Shown here one piece after another: positions 7,215 through 15,859 of a DNA stretch of 35,710 nt. The DNA is taken from positions 1-35,710 of IMG/VR virus record IMGVR_UViG_3300005263_000010; one strand, written 5' to 3'. The notes under the pieces were generated by a model that was given only the letters and a program-made list of their open reading frames with translations, was not told the origin of the DNA and ran no database searches. The first letter of the stretch is position 1, and every line of letters begins with the position of its first letter. The stretch is from a virus. Its lineage: Duplodnaviria > Caudoviricetes. Made by a program: the position numbers and the translations under genes.

Positions 7215-7555
7215 TGCGGATCTACTGCGCCTCCCCCTACACCAGCGCCGACCCCCGCCAGGTCGCCGCGAACATCATCCACGCCGAGCGCGTGGGGCAG
7301 ACCATCCGCGAGCTGGGCCACATCCCCTTCGTCCCGCACATCGCCCTGCCTGCCTTCCCCGCCACCATGGCGATCGAGGACCAGTGGGAACCCGCCATGC
7401 GGGAGTGCATGAGCCACCTGGAGACCTGCGACGCCATCGTGCTCACGGGCGACTGGCAGAAGTCCCGCGGCTGCCGTGCTGAGTTGGCGGCGGCCTACGC
7501 GCTGAAGATGACCGTCTACTTCGGCCTGGGCGAGGTTGATGAGGTGGCGGCATGA
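7214..7555 (+). CDS. DUF4406/DUF1937-like protein (nucleoside deoxyribosyltransferase-like fold)
   Basis: RIYCASPYT...GHIPFVPH...CDAIVLTGDWQKSRGCRAELAAA. Confidence 0.85.
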   Translation: MRIYCASPYTSADPRQVAANIIHAERVGQTIRELGHIPFVPHIALPAFPATMAIEDQWEPAMRECMSHLETCDAIVLTGDWQKSRGCRAELAAAYALKMTVYFGLGEVDEVAA

Positions 7556-7761
7556 AACTCGTGGCTTCCCGCATCGACAACCAGGTCTTCAACCCTGCAG
7601 CCTGCCCGCTCTCCCGCCTCTACGACGAGGTGCAGGCCTGGCTTCGGGAAGGCCTTGGCTGCTCCAACCTGCTCCCGACGATGGAGGAAGCGGAAATGAA
7701 CTACGACCTCGCCAAGGTCATGTTCCATCGCCTGCTGTCGGATGCCGGGGTGCGCCCGTGA
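7552..7761 (+). CDS. Hypothetical protein
   Basis: GAGGTG SD and ATGA/GTGA overlaps. Confidence 0.7.
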   Translation: MKLVASRIDNQVFNPAACPLSRLYDEVQAWLREGLGCSNLLPTMEEAEMNYDLAKVMFHRLLSDAGVRP

Positions 7762-8339
7762 GCCCTGTCGAGTCCACCGCCGTCCGCGAGAAGCGCCTTG
7801 AGCTGCAGGAGCTGGAGCAGGCCAAGGACTTCTGGGGCCCCGAAGCCTACGAGGCCATGCGTCAGGCACTCCAGGACGACCTGGCCGAGCTGCAGGGCGA
7901 GCCCGTGATGCCCCGCCGCGTCATCTCAACCCCCTGCCTGAACCCGAATTTCGCCGCCAAGGAGACCCCCATGCCGAGCAAACCCGCCCATGAACTGACC
8001 GAGGAGCAGAAGGAAGCGCGGCGGAAGTATCACCGCGAGTGGAAGGCCAAGCAGAGGGCCGAGAAGGGCTCTCCGAAGAAGTCGAAGAAGGTGGACGAGA
8101 AGCCGCCCCGCGCTCCGAAAGTCGTCCAGCCCACGCCGGAACCTGAGCCAGTCAAGGCTCGGAAGGTGGAAGGATTCCCGGCCATCGACGCGCTACGCTC
8201 CCAGGCGCTGGCCCTGCTACCCATGTTGGATGGGATTGCCTTTGACGATGTCGAAGCCGCCCGGCACGAGCTGGAGGCCGTAGGGGACATCCTCGGCCTG
8301 GGCTTCCGGATGCTGTCCAGGAAGAAGGCGGCAGCATGA
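7758..8339 (+). CDS. Hypothetical protein with a basic K/R-rich central segment
   Basis: Coupled overlaps; phage-typical codon usage. Confidence 0.7.
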   Translation: MSPVESTAVREKRLELQELEQAKDFWGPEAYEAMRQALQDDLAELQGEPVMPRRVISTPCLNPNFAAKETPMPSKPAHELTEEQKEARRKYHREWKAKQRAEKGSPKKSKKVDEKPPRAPKVVQPTPEPEPVKARKVEGFPAIDALRSQALALLPMLDGIAFDDVEAARHELEAVGDILGLGFRMLSRKKAAA

Positions 8340-8557
8340 CCGCCCCCATGCCCTCCAACGCCCCCGAGCTCATCCGCGACCGGGCACGGCTGGATGCCCT
8401 GGACTTCGTGGCGCCCCGCTTCGTCGCCCAGCACGATGCCATGGCCCGATCGCAGCGCTTCGACCTGTGCCTCTGCCCGCTCTGCCGGATGGTGCGGCCG
8501 TTCCTCCCCGAGCCCCGCTACTGCGACCAGCTGGACGAGCGGGAGGCTGCGTCGTGA
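8336..8557 (+). CDS. Small Cys-cluster hypothetical protein (CLCPLC)
   Basis: Coupled overlaps. Confidence 0.65.
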   Translation: MTAPMPSNAPELIRDRARLDALDFVAPRFVAQHDAMARSQRFDLCLCPLCRMVRPFLPEPRYCDQLDEREAAS

Positions 8558-8865
8558 CCTCCACCCTCACCCACCAGCGAGCCTACCAGCGCAACCGGAA
8601 GTCACAGCTCCGCAACCAGAACCTTTGCCCGTGGTGTGGCCGAGTTCCGCCGGTCGAGGGTCGCACCCGATGCGCTTCCTGCCTGGAGATCGCCCGCAAG
8701 AACAGCCTTGCGTTCATGAAGCGGCGCCGGAAGTTCTGGAAGGCGATGGGCTGGTGCCAGCTCTGCGGGAAGCGCGACGCCATGCCCCGGCAGAGCCGCT
8801 GCGCCGTGTGCGCCGAGCTGCAGGACGAATACAAGGCCCGGGTGCGGGGCAAGGTGGCCGCATGA
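8554..8865 (+). CDS. Tandem double C4 Zn-ribbon protein
   Basis: CPWCG...RCASC and CQLCG...RCAVC repeats separated by basic helices. Confidence 0.8.
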   Translation: MTSTLTHQRAYQRNRKSQLRNQNLCPWCGRVPPVEGRTRCASCLEIARKNSLAFMKRRRKFWKAMGWCQLCGKRDAMPRQSRCAVCAELQDEYKARVRGKVAA

Positions 8866-9173
8866 GCGAGCTGGCCTTCACCGTCGGCGCCCGTGTCCGC
8901 CTCACCAAAACCGGGGGCCTCTACTACGGCGCCGCCGCATTGAATGGTGACTCCCGATGGCCCCGCTTCGCCTACGTCCCATCTGGTCAGGGCGGGGGAA
9001 CCGACGGCACGGTCCTGGTGGCCGGCGACCGTCCCCACAAGCCCGGAGCCGACCCGCGCCCCTACTACGTCCGCTGGGACAACGGCGCCGAGAACAGCTA
9101 CCGCGAGGTGGACCTGGAGCTCGCGCCGGCCGCCCCCGAATTTTCCCCCCTCGTCCCCGAAGGTGATCTGTGA
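8862..9173 (+). CDS. SH3-like beta-barrel hypothetical protein
   Basis: FTVGARVRL...GTV...PYYVRWDNGAENSYREVDLEL. Confidence 0.7.
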   Translation: MSELAFTVGARVRLTKTGGLYYGAAALNGDSRWPRFAYVPSGQGGGTDGTVLVAGDRPHKPGADPRPYYVRWDNGAENSYREVDLELAPAAPEFSPLVPEGDL

Positions 9174-9409
9174 ACAAGCGCCGCGCACCCTCCACCCCTC
9201 CGCCCGATCCCCAGGTCGAGAAGGTCCCCCTGCCACGCATGGGCTTCACCTTCGACGAGCTCGCCGAGATCCTCTGCTGCGGCCGCACCACCGTCTACGA
9301 GACGGTGAAGGACTGGAAGATCAAGGTCTTCTACGTGGGCCGGAAGCCGATGGTGAGCCCGTGGGAGCTGGAACGCGCCATCCGGGAGCAGGAGAAGGTG
9401 GCGGCGTGA
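9170..9409 (+). CDS. xis: Excisionase (HTH_17/Xis-like)
   Basis: GFTFDELAEILCCGRTTVYETVKDWKIKVFYVGRKPMV; near the integrase. Confidence 0.8.
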   Translation: MNKRRAPSTPPPDPQVEKVPLPRMGFTFDELAEILCCGRTTVYETVKDWKIKVFYVGRKPMVSPWELERAIREQEKVAA

Positions 9410-9488
9410 GTGTCTGCGGATCCCAAGGAGTGAACCCTTCAACCCAAGCCCAGGGCGGCAACGGCCGGTCCTGTCCAGGAGCCCGACG

Positions 9489-9659
9489 ATGCCCAAGGCC
9501 CTCAATCTCGCCTACCTGGCACTCTGCCGATGGCAGCCACCGGCTACTTCGGAGAATGGGGTCATGCGCCGGGAAGCCCTCAAGGCTATCGAGGACGAAA
9601 CAGGCATCAAGGGCGAGGTCGCCCACTACAACGCCATCCATCGCCCCGCCAAGGGCTGA
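9489..9659 (+). CDS. 56-aa hypothetical protein (MPKALNLAYLALCRWQPP...), not in the ORF track
   Basis: AGGAG SD; bounded by TGTCCA motifs. Confidence 0.6.
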   Translation: MPKALNLAYLALCRWQPPATSENGVMRREALKAIEDETGIKGEVAHYNAIHRPAKG

Positions 9660-9678
9660 TGTCCAGAACGAGGAACCA

Positions 9679-9987
9679 ATGGAACCCCATGAAATCAGCC
9701 TCGGCAAGAAGGTCCGGTTCGTATTCAGCCTGGATCGAAAGCGCGAAGGTAGCTCACGAACCTGGCGCAAGTGGGCGATGCGCGCAGACTTGGTGCGGGA
9801 AGGCATCGTGGTCGGTCTTCGCACCCTCCAGAACGGCGAGATGGATACCGAGATGGATCCTGACTCACTCCAGTACGGCGTGACCTACTTCGCCTGCAGC
9901 CAGTCCTTCCGCGCCGCCCTTGTCTCCACGAACCTCTATCGCAAGCCGATCCTGGTTGCGCTGGATGATCTCTTACCCGCCGAATAA
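9679..9987 (+). CDS. Hypothetical protein (MEPHEISLGKKVRFVF..., 102 aa)
   Basis: GAGG SD; bounded by TGTCCA motifs; atypical codon usage. Confidence 0.7.
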   Translation: MEPHEISLGKKVRFVFSLDRKREGSSRTWRKWAMRADLVREGIVVGLRTLQNGEMDTEMDPDSLQYGVTYFACSQSFRAALVSTNLYRKPILVALDDLLPAE

Positions 9988-10039
9988 TCCTGTCCAAAAG
10001 CCGCTACCATAGGCCCCATGCGGACCTACGAGGAAGCCG

Positions 10040-11383
10040 TCACGGCTTGGCTGTTCGACTGGTACCCCGGCGTGCGGGTTCTGGAGCCCCAAAGATCCCC
10101 AGCTTCGGTGAGTAGGTCTTCACGGCCTCACCCAGAGCCGTCGGCGCCAGGTGCCCGTAGTAGCGCTCCACCATCCGCGTGTCCGAGTGCCCGAGCTGGG
10201 CGGCCACGTAGATCAGCGGCATCCCGGAGTTGACCAGGCCGGAGGCGTAGGTGTGCCGCAGCTCGTGGAACCCGAGCGGCTTGATCTTCGCCGCGAGGCA
10301 GAGCTTCCGCATGCGTTTGACCTGGTCGTAGGGCATCCAGTCGCCCTGGTCCTCCCGGCTGTCCCTGGCCACACCGGAGTGCTTGAAGAGGGGCTCGTCG
10401 GCGTCCCGCCCCTTGGTGAAGCGGATGAACCAGGGGAGCGACTCGGGCGCCAGCTTGATGTGCCGGGGCTTCCCGTTCTTGCCGCGCAGGATGAAGAGGG
10501 TCTCGGCCTTCTTGTCGAAGTCCTTCACCTTGCACCGGCTCAGCTCGCCGTACCGTGCCCCGCTGGCCAGGGCCCCGATGATCAGCGCCTGGAATTCCGG
10601 GTCGGCGCACGCCGCCACCAGGGCCTGGCTCTCCGCCGTCTCCAGGAAGCGCACCCGGGACTTGCCCACGTCCTTGAACCCCTTGACCTCCCGCCAGGGC
10701 GCCGCGCCATGGGCCCTGCCCTCCTCGAAGGCCAGATTCAATGCCGCCTTCAGGTTGGTCAGGATCCGGTTGGCCGTGTCCTTGCGCTTGCGGATCTGCT
10801 CCGGGTCGGTGGGCGGGTCGTAGTGCTCCGGCTCGGCCCCGCGCTTCACGCTGCGGCGCTTCCCCGTGGCCGCCAGCTTCTGGTGCCAGTCCTCGATGCG
10901 CTTCCGGGTGAGCTTGTGCACCTCGTCCTCACCGAAGGCCGGGAGGATGTGGGCCTCGATGGTGTTCTCGACGTTGGTCACGCTTCCGGAGCCCTCCTTG
11001 CGCAGGTAGGCCAGGTAGTCCCGCATGGCGTCCTTCACCAGGTAGGGCCCGTCCTGGGGCACCTCCCCGCCGGCTGCTAGGATGGCCTTGCGCTCCTGCT
11101 CTTTGAACCAGTCCTCGGCCTTGGCGGTCGCCTGGGCGTAGGTGAAGATGGTCATGCCGTTGGCTGTCAAAAAGTCGTCAGCGTGCCCGATGGGTGCCTG
11201 GGTCATCTTCTTGGTGGTGCGGTCGTAGAACCGGGCGGTCCAGGATCCAGCCGCCCCGTTCACCGGCCTCCTGTAGAGGAGGTAGCGCCCCGTGGCCAGC
11301 GTCTCGGTGTGGTCCCGGCCCAGCTCCAGCTTCTGCCGCTGCGACCAGAACTCCAGGTTCGCCGATCGCTTCGTCCTGGCCAC
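10040..11383 (-). CDS. int: Tyrosine integrase (start GTG 11383 likely; ORF open to 11401)
   Basis: Catalytic R (GARYGEL), K (KNGK), HxxR (FHELRHTYAS), H (LGHSD), Y (RYYGH); N-terminal arm-binding-like region; adjacent attP. Confidence 0.96.
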   Translation of the reverse strand: MARTKRSANLEFWSQRQKLELGRDHTETLATGRYLLYRRPVNGAAGSWTARFYDRTTKKMTQAPIGHADDFLTANGMTIFTYAQATAKAEDWFKEQERKAILAAGGEVPQDGPYLVKDAMRDYLAYLRKEGSGSVTNVENTIEAHILPAFGEDEVHKLTRKRIEDWHQKLAATGKRRSVKRGAEPEHYDPPTDPEQIRKRKDTANRILTNLKAALNLAFEEGRAHGAAPWREVKGFKDVGKSRVRFLETAESQALVAACADPEFQALIIGALASGARYGELSRCKVKDFDKKAETLFILRGKNGKPRHIKLAPESLPWFIRFTKGRDADEPLFKHSGVARDSREDQGDWMPYDQVKRMRKLCLAAKIKPLGFHELRHTYASGLVNSGMPLIYVAAQLGHSDTRMVERYYGHLAPTALGEAVKTYSPKLGIFGAPEPARRGTSRTAKP

Positions 11384-11391
11384 CACCACCC

Positions 11392-11413
11392 CCGTCCGCA
11401 AACCGTCCGCAAA
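11392..11413 (+). repeat. Integrase arm-type sites, left arm: 2x CCGTCCGCAAA
   Basis: Exact tandem 11-mer, repeated on the other side of the att core. Confidence 0.8.
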
Positions 11414-11528
11414 ACACGGCGCGGATCAGGCTACCATCGGGGCGGAGCGAGACGGATGCTACGCTGACTCCAGGGCACTTGCTTGGTTCGTCTCATCCCG
11501 TCCGATGCCAAAAACCCCCCGCCCCAGG

Positions 11529-11575
11529 CCTTGACACGGTGGGGGTCGGCGGTTCGAGACCGCCCGCGCCAACCA
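11529..11575 (+). other. attP core: 3' half of tRNA-Val(GAC), from the anticodon loop to CCA
   Basis: TTGACAC loop, GGTGG, GGGTC, T-arm GGCGG-TTCGAGA-CCGCC, CGCGCCA-A-CCA; no D-arm or 5' acceptor strand upstream. Confidence 0.92.
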
Positions 11576-11586
11576 CTTAAACGCAC

Positions 11587-11623
11587 GAAGGCCCAGGCTT
11601 AACCTCCTGGGCCTTCCCCTTTT
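11587..11623 (+). terminator. Replacement terminator for the reconstituted host tRNA
   Basis: GAAGGCCCAGG-N8-CCTGGGCCTTC then CCCTTTT. Confidence 0.8.
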
Positions 11624-11640
11624 GTGCTGGATTTTTCAGT

Positions 11641-11662
11641 CCGTCCGCAAACCATCCGCAAA
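11641..11662 (+). repeat. Integrase arm-type sites, right arm: CCGTCCGCAAA-CCATCCGCAAA
   Basis: 21/22 identical to 11392-11413. Confidence 0.8.
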
Positions 11663-11742
11663 GCTCGCTCGGCGGATGGGGGCGGAATCAGACGGGCTCG
11701 GTGCCATCCGGGACGGCCTTGGGGTGCCTATCCAGGACGCCG

Positions 11743-13533
11743 TCACCCAATGGCCTGATCGATCCTCGTCTTAACGTAGGTCGCCCAGAGGGTGGACCCG
11801 GCGAGGTTGGGATGGACCGAATCGGTCATCAGGGAGCCGGGGAATCCGGCATCCATGAACACCTTGAAGATATCCATCACCTCCAGGGACTGGGTAGACC
11901 GGAAGCCCAGCATGTCGAGCCGGCGCCGTGCGTGAATCCGGTTGTAGATCGCAGCGGTGGTCTCAGGGTTCTGGGTCATGGCGACGATGGCCGCGTTGGG
12001 CAGGCGCGTCTTGATGGCATCGGTCCAGGTCTTGTAGAGGGTTGCCCAGGGGCCTGCGGTGATCCACGCCTCGTTGTGGTTCGTGGAGGCGAACACCACG
12101 GCCTGGCCGTATTGCGGCAGCAGTTTGGGGAGCCGGGTGGCGTTGCCCAGGTAGGCGATGTTGGCCCCAGGGTTGCAGCCGTTGACGATGGTCAGGACCG
12201 GAGCGCCCACGATGTTCTGAGGGGTTCCGAGGGCCGCGGGGCTCCAGAGATCGGGAACGATGGGGAAGATGCTCGGCCCCGTGTCCCCGTCCCGGATGTC
12301 GATGGCGTAGACCTTGGTGTAGATCGAAGGCCCGTTGTTCACGCCGCCGATCTGGTAGCCGTAGGTCGGAAGGGGATTGAAGACGGTGGTCGTTCCGACG
12401 GTGGTGATGGTGGTGCCGAGCTGGGTCCAAGCATAGCCATCGGTCGAGGTGTAGAACTTGGTGACGCGGTTGCCCGACCCATCGTTGGGGTTGAAGAGAA
12501 CCCGAACCCAGCGAATATCGTTCGCCGAGAACCCGGTGGCCACCGTGGAAGCCACAGAGAAGGCGGCGGTCCCATCAGTGGACCAGAGGAACCCGAGGGT
12601 GCCCGCGGTGTTCACGTAGAAACGCCACCCGATGTAGGGCGCGGCGCCCTTGTCCAGCATGATCAGGTACTGGGTGGCAGCAGGTGACCAGTTGGTCAGC
12701 GACACCTTGGCGCGCACGTCGATGATGCTGGAGGTCGTGGAGGGCCCCACGGCCGTGACGGGGTCAGTGATGGCCGCATAGGTCCCCGAGGCACAGTCCA
12801 GATACCGCTCCCCGCCCACGCCCGTCTGGATCCGAGTGGGCGCAGCGTAGGTCTGGGACGCATCGTTCCAGAGGAGGTGATCCACCGTGAACGCGGGGTT
12901 CGCCGACGCGAGCTGCTGCGCCAGGAGGTAGGGCCAGTCGGTCGTGTCGTTGGCCGTGGAATCGCTGAGGATCTGGATGCCGGTGGTCAGGCCTTCGGAC
13001 AGCGCGGTCTTGAGCGCGAACAGGGGGCCACCCGGAGCCTCCGGTATGGACTGGACCTTGCTCCCAAGGGTCGCGTCAGGGTAGTCCACGGTCTTGTCGT
13101 AGGCAACGAGGGCCGCGCCCTTCCCGGCTCCTGTTTTCGAGATATCCAGGAGCCTGCGCCCGAGGGTGCCGGCGGCATAGTTCACCGCCGGATCGAACCC
13201 AAGGAGGTCCGCCCCAGTGGTGTCGGCCATGTCGGCTCGAAGCCGTGCGGTGCTCACGTCTGGGGCTTCGATCAAATCGACAGGCCATCCAACCTGCGAT
13301 GCTCCCAGGCTATCCACGAGATCGACCTTGTAGGTGACCAGAGGGTCGAGCCTGAACTCCGTGCTCCCGTTTACATCGAGCGTCAACTCGGTCCCCAGCG
13401 GCGTTCCATCCCCGGAATAGACAGGGGTCGGCGTGGTGGTGCCAGCCAGATAGAACTTCACTTTCCCGCTGGGGAGCGGCTTGCCACCGATCAGGGGCTG
13501 GAACTTCATGGCGGGAGGAAGATTTACGGTCAT
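11743..13533 (-). CDS. Tailspike/receptor-binding protein: head-binding domain + SGNH esterase with inserted LamG/ConA-like domain
   Basis: GKPLPSGKVKFYLAGTTTPTPVY N-terminus; SGNH blocks ILSDST, NGCNPG, STNHNE, DSVHPN. Confidence 0.85.
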   Translation of the reverse strand: MTVNLPPAMKFQPLIGGKPLPSGKVKFYLAGTTTPTPVYSGDGTPLGTELTLDVNGSTEFRLDPLVTYKVDLVDSLGASQVGWPVDLIEAPDVSTARLRADMADTTGADLLGFDPAVNYAAGTLGRRLLDISKTGAGKGAALVAYDKTVDYPDATLGSKVQSIPEAPGGPLFALKTALSEGLTTGIQILSDSTANDTTDWPYLLAQQLASANPAFTVDHLLWNDASQTYAAPTRIQTGVGGERYLDCASGTYAAITDPVTAVGPSTTSSIIDVRAKVSLTNWSPAATQYLIMLDKGAAPYIGWRFYVNTAGTLGFLWSTDGTAAFSVASTVATGFSANDIRWVRVLFNPNDGSGNRVTKFYTSTDGYAWTQLGTTITTVGTTTVFNPLPTYGYQIGGVNNGPSIYTKVYAIDIRDGDTGPSIFPIVPDLWSPAALGTPQNIVGAPVLTIVNGCNPGANIAYLGNATRLPKLLPQYGQAVVFASTNHNEAWITAGPWATLYKTWTDAIKTRLPNAAIVAMTQNPETTAAIYNRIHARRRLDMLGFRSTQSLEVMDIFKVFMDAGFPGSLMTDSVHPNLAGSTLWATYVKTRIDQAIG

Positions 13534-13549
13534 GGGTGGCTCCGAGGGT

Positions 13550-15859
13550 CTACTGCTGAGGGGGTTCGAGCTGGTAGGCGTTGGCGATGGGATCAGGCGT
13601 GGCCACTCGGCTCATCACCTTGGGCAGCTGGTTCTCCACCAGGTCCTGCATGACCTTGGAACCGACGGGCAGCTCGGAAGCTGCCAGCAGGAGGCGCTTG
13701 CCGACCGGGGTGGTAAGGAGGACCTTGGCGGTCTTGGCGCCACCCCAGGCGAGCACGGCGGCCCAGGGATCCACGAACTTGGCGGCACCAGCCAGGCCAC
13801 CGCCCACGGCCAGCTGCATGAGTCGGTTGCCGGTCGGAGGGTTCTCGGCGAACTGGCCGGCCCGCTCCACGTGGCGCATGAGCTTGGTGAGCCCGTCGAG
13901 CTCCCACTTGTCCTCACCCTTCAGGGCCACGCCGAGGGGCTTGCGCATGTCCTCGAGGTACTTGGCGAAGCGGCCCGGGCTGAAGATGGCGGCCTGGTCC
14001 CCGGCCCCGGGGTTCAGAGCCTTCTCAAGGGCGTTCTCCACGAAGCCGACGCGCACTGCAGCCTGACCCTTGGGGTCCAGTGCCTCGTAGAAGTTCTGCG
14101 CCCTGCCCTCGCGGCCGCGCTTCATGAACTGGTCGAAGATCTCGTCCGGGGTGGCCGACTTCATGGCCGCGGCCAGGGCCTTGTCCTTGAACGGGACCAC
14201 CTGTGTCCTGTAGATCCGGTCGGCATCCCGCCAGGCCGTGGCCAGTTCCGGGCCGTTGGACTTGGCGAAGGACTCCATGTCCTTCTCGACGGCTCCCCGC
14301 AGGCGCTCCAGGATGCCCGTGCCCTCGGTGCCCACGGCGGCGTTGGCGCCCTTCTTCCCGTCCTGGATCATGCCGCCCAGCCGGGACCGGAGGCGCCGCA
14401 GGCCCTCGAAGGTGGTGTCCACGGCAGACTGGGCCGGCAGGGCCGAACCAGCCGCCCCGCCACCAACAGCCTGTGCACCGGCCTGGGCCACCGGCTGGGC
14501 GGCCTCGGCATTCAGCCGGGTGTAGATCTTGTTCAGGACGCTGGCGGTGGATTCCTCGGGGAGGATGTCCACGGCACCGTTGCGCCGCAGCTCCTCCAGG
14601 ATCCGCATGGTCTCAACGAGGGGAACCTCGCCATGCTGCGCGGCCAGCTGGCCCACCTTGTCGTAGGCGGCATCGGCGGCCAGCTTCCCCTGGAACAGCT
14701 TCAGGTTCCCGCTGGTCTGCAGGATCTTGGTCCAATCGGAGCCCGCGGCGTTGATCTCGTCCAGCAGGGCCTGGGCCCCCTTCCGACCCGCCCGCGCCGC
14801 CTGTTCCACTTGGCCGAGGTTCGACCAGCCCTGGTTGTTCATCTCGTCCAGCAGCTGCTGGGCCATGCCCTGGGCAGCCGCACCGGCCTTCTGGTCCTGC
14901 ACCTGGCGGAACCGGCCCATGCCGACTCCAGGGACGCTCTCCAGCGCGACCTCGCCCTTGCGCATGGCCACGGATCCGGAGGCGTCTCCGGCGGTGGTGG
15001 GCACGTCGAACTTCTGGCCGAGACGCTCGATCTCCGCAGCGCCGGGCTTCATCACGCCGGCGGCGAAGTTGTAGGCCTTCCCCAGGGCTGGGGAAATCAC
15101 CTTCTCCACCACGGCAGGGGTGGCACCGCCCAGGACGGTCCCAAGACCTACCTGGGCGCCCTTCTGCTTGGCGTAGCTGTTCGGGTCGTTGGGGTCCACA
15201 TCCACAGGCTGGGTGAGGGCGCCGACACCGCCGGCCACTGCACCCAGGGCCACGCGCCCGCCGAGGGTGGCGGCCTTGGCCACGGGAGGAGCAGGCGTGC
15301 CCATGACGGTGCCCACCACGTCCGCTGCCTGGGTTGGGAGACCAGCCTCCTGGCCCTTCAGCCAGTTGGTCTTGTAGTCCCAGTCGGCGAACTTCTGGGC
15401 CAGGTCCTTGTAGGCCACGTCCGCATCCGAGTTCGCCCCGATGGCGCGCCCGGCTCGGGTGACCAGCTGAGCGCCGCCGCGGGCTGCAGAGGTGAGTCCG
15501 TGCAGGAACCCGCCCACCGGCTGGGTGAGCGGGAGGTAGGGGCTGACCATGGGGTTGGCCGATGCGCCCTTCCCGAACATGGTGGCCACCACGCCATTCG
15601 GGTCAGTGATGTTCTTCGAGAAGTCGCCGTCCTTGTAGTAGCGGGACTTCTTGATCACCGACGGGTCGAAGCCAAAGGCCTGGATGATCTCGTCATCCGA
15701 GGACCCGAGCTTGATGTCCGCGGGGCTGGGGCGCTTCGGGGCGGCAGGGGCGGCAGGGGCGGCACTGAAGAGGTCGTCCGGAAGAGAAGCCGGGCCAGGG
15801 GCCACCGCAGGGGTGGCGGGGGCCTTGGGCGCCGTGAAGAGATCCTCGGGGAGCGGCAT
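13550..15859 (-). CDS. Large internal virion/DNA ejection protein (P22 gp16 position)
   Basis: 769 aa, Ala/Gly-rich helical; synteny. Confidence 0.75.
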   Translation of the reverse strand: MPLPEDLFTAPKAPATPAVAPGPASLPDDLFSAAPAAPAAPKRPSPADIKLGSSDDEIIQAFGFDPSVIKKSRYYKDGDFSKNITDPNGVVATMFGKGASANPMVSPYLPLTQPVGGFLHGLTSAARGGAQLVTRAGRAIGANSDADVAYKDLAQKFADWDYKTNWLKGQEAGLPTQAADVVGTVMGTPAPPVAKAATLGGRVALGAVAGGVGALTQPVDVDPNDPNSYAKQKGAQVGLGTVLGGATPAVVEKVISPALGKAYNFAAGVMKPGAAEIERLGQKFDVPTTAGDASGSVAMRKGEVALESVPGVGMGRFRQVQDQKAGAAAQGMAQQLLDEMNNQGWSNLGQVEQAARAGRKGAQALLDEINAAGSDWTKILQTSGNLKLFQGKLAADAAYDKVGQLAAQHGEVPLVETMRILEELRRNGAVDILPEESTASVLNKIYTRLNAEAAQPVAQAGAQAVGGGAAGSALPAQSAVDTTFEGLRRLRSRLGGMIQDGKKGANAAVGTEGTGILERLRGAVEKDMESFAKSNGPELATAWRDADRIYRTQVVPFKDKALAAAMKSATPDEIFDQFMKRGREGRAQNFYEALDPKGQAAVRVGFVENALEKALNPGAGDQAAIFSPGRFAKYLEDMRKPLGVALKGEDKWELDGLTKLMRHVERAGQFAENPPTGNRLMQLAVGGGLAGAAKFVDPWAAVLAWGGAKTAKVLLTTPVGKRLLLAASELPVGSKVMQDLVENQLPKVMSRVATPDPIANAYQLEPPQQ

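Noticed and set aside
8944-9678. N-terminal extension of the 347-aa ORF 8944..9987 (or a start at GTG 9406)
   Set aside because: It overlaps better-supported genes, including xis; only the part from ATG 9679 has an SD and protein-like composition
11505-11575. Complete tRNA-Val gene
   Set aside because: No D-arm or 5' acceptor strand; the 5' side of the anticodon stem (AGGCC) pairs with GGTGG only at the two bases next to the loop. It is an att core.
11743-13533. Diversity-generating retroelement or invertible tail-fibre cassette
   Set aside because: No reverse transcriptase, TR/VR duplicate, invertase or flanking inverted repeats seen
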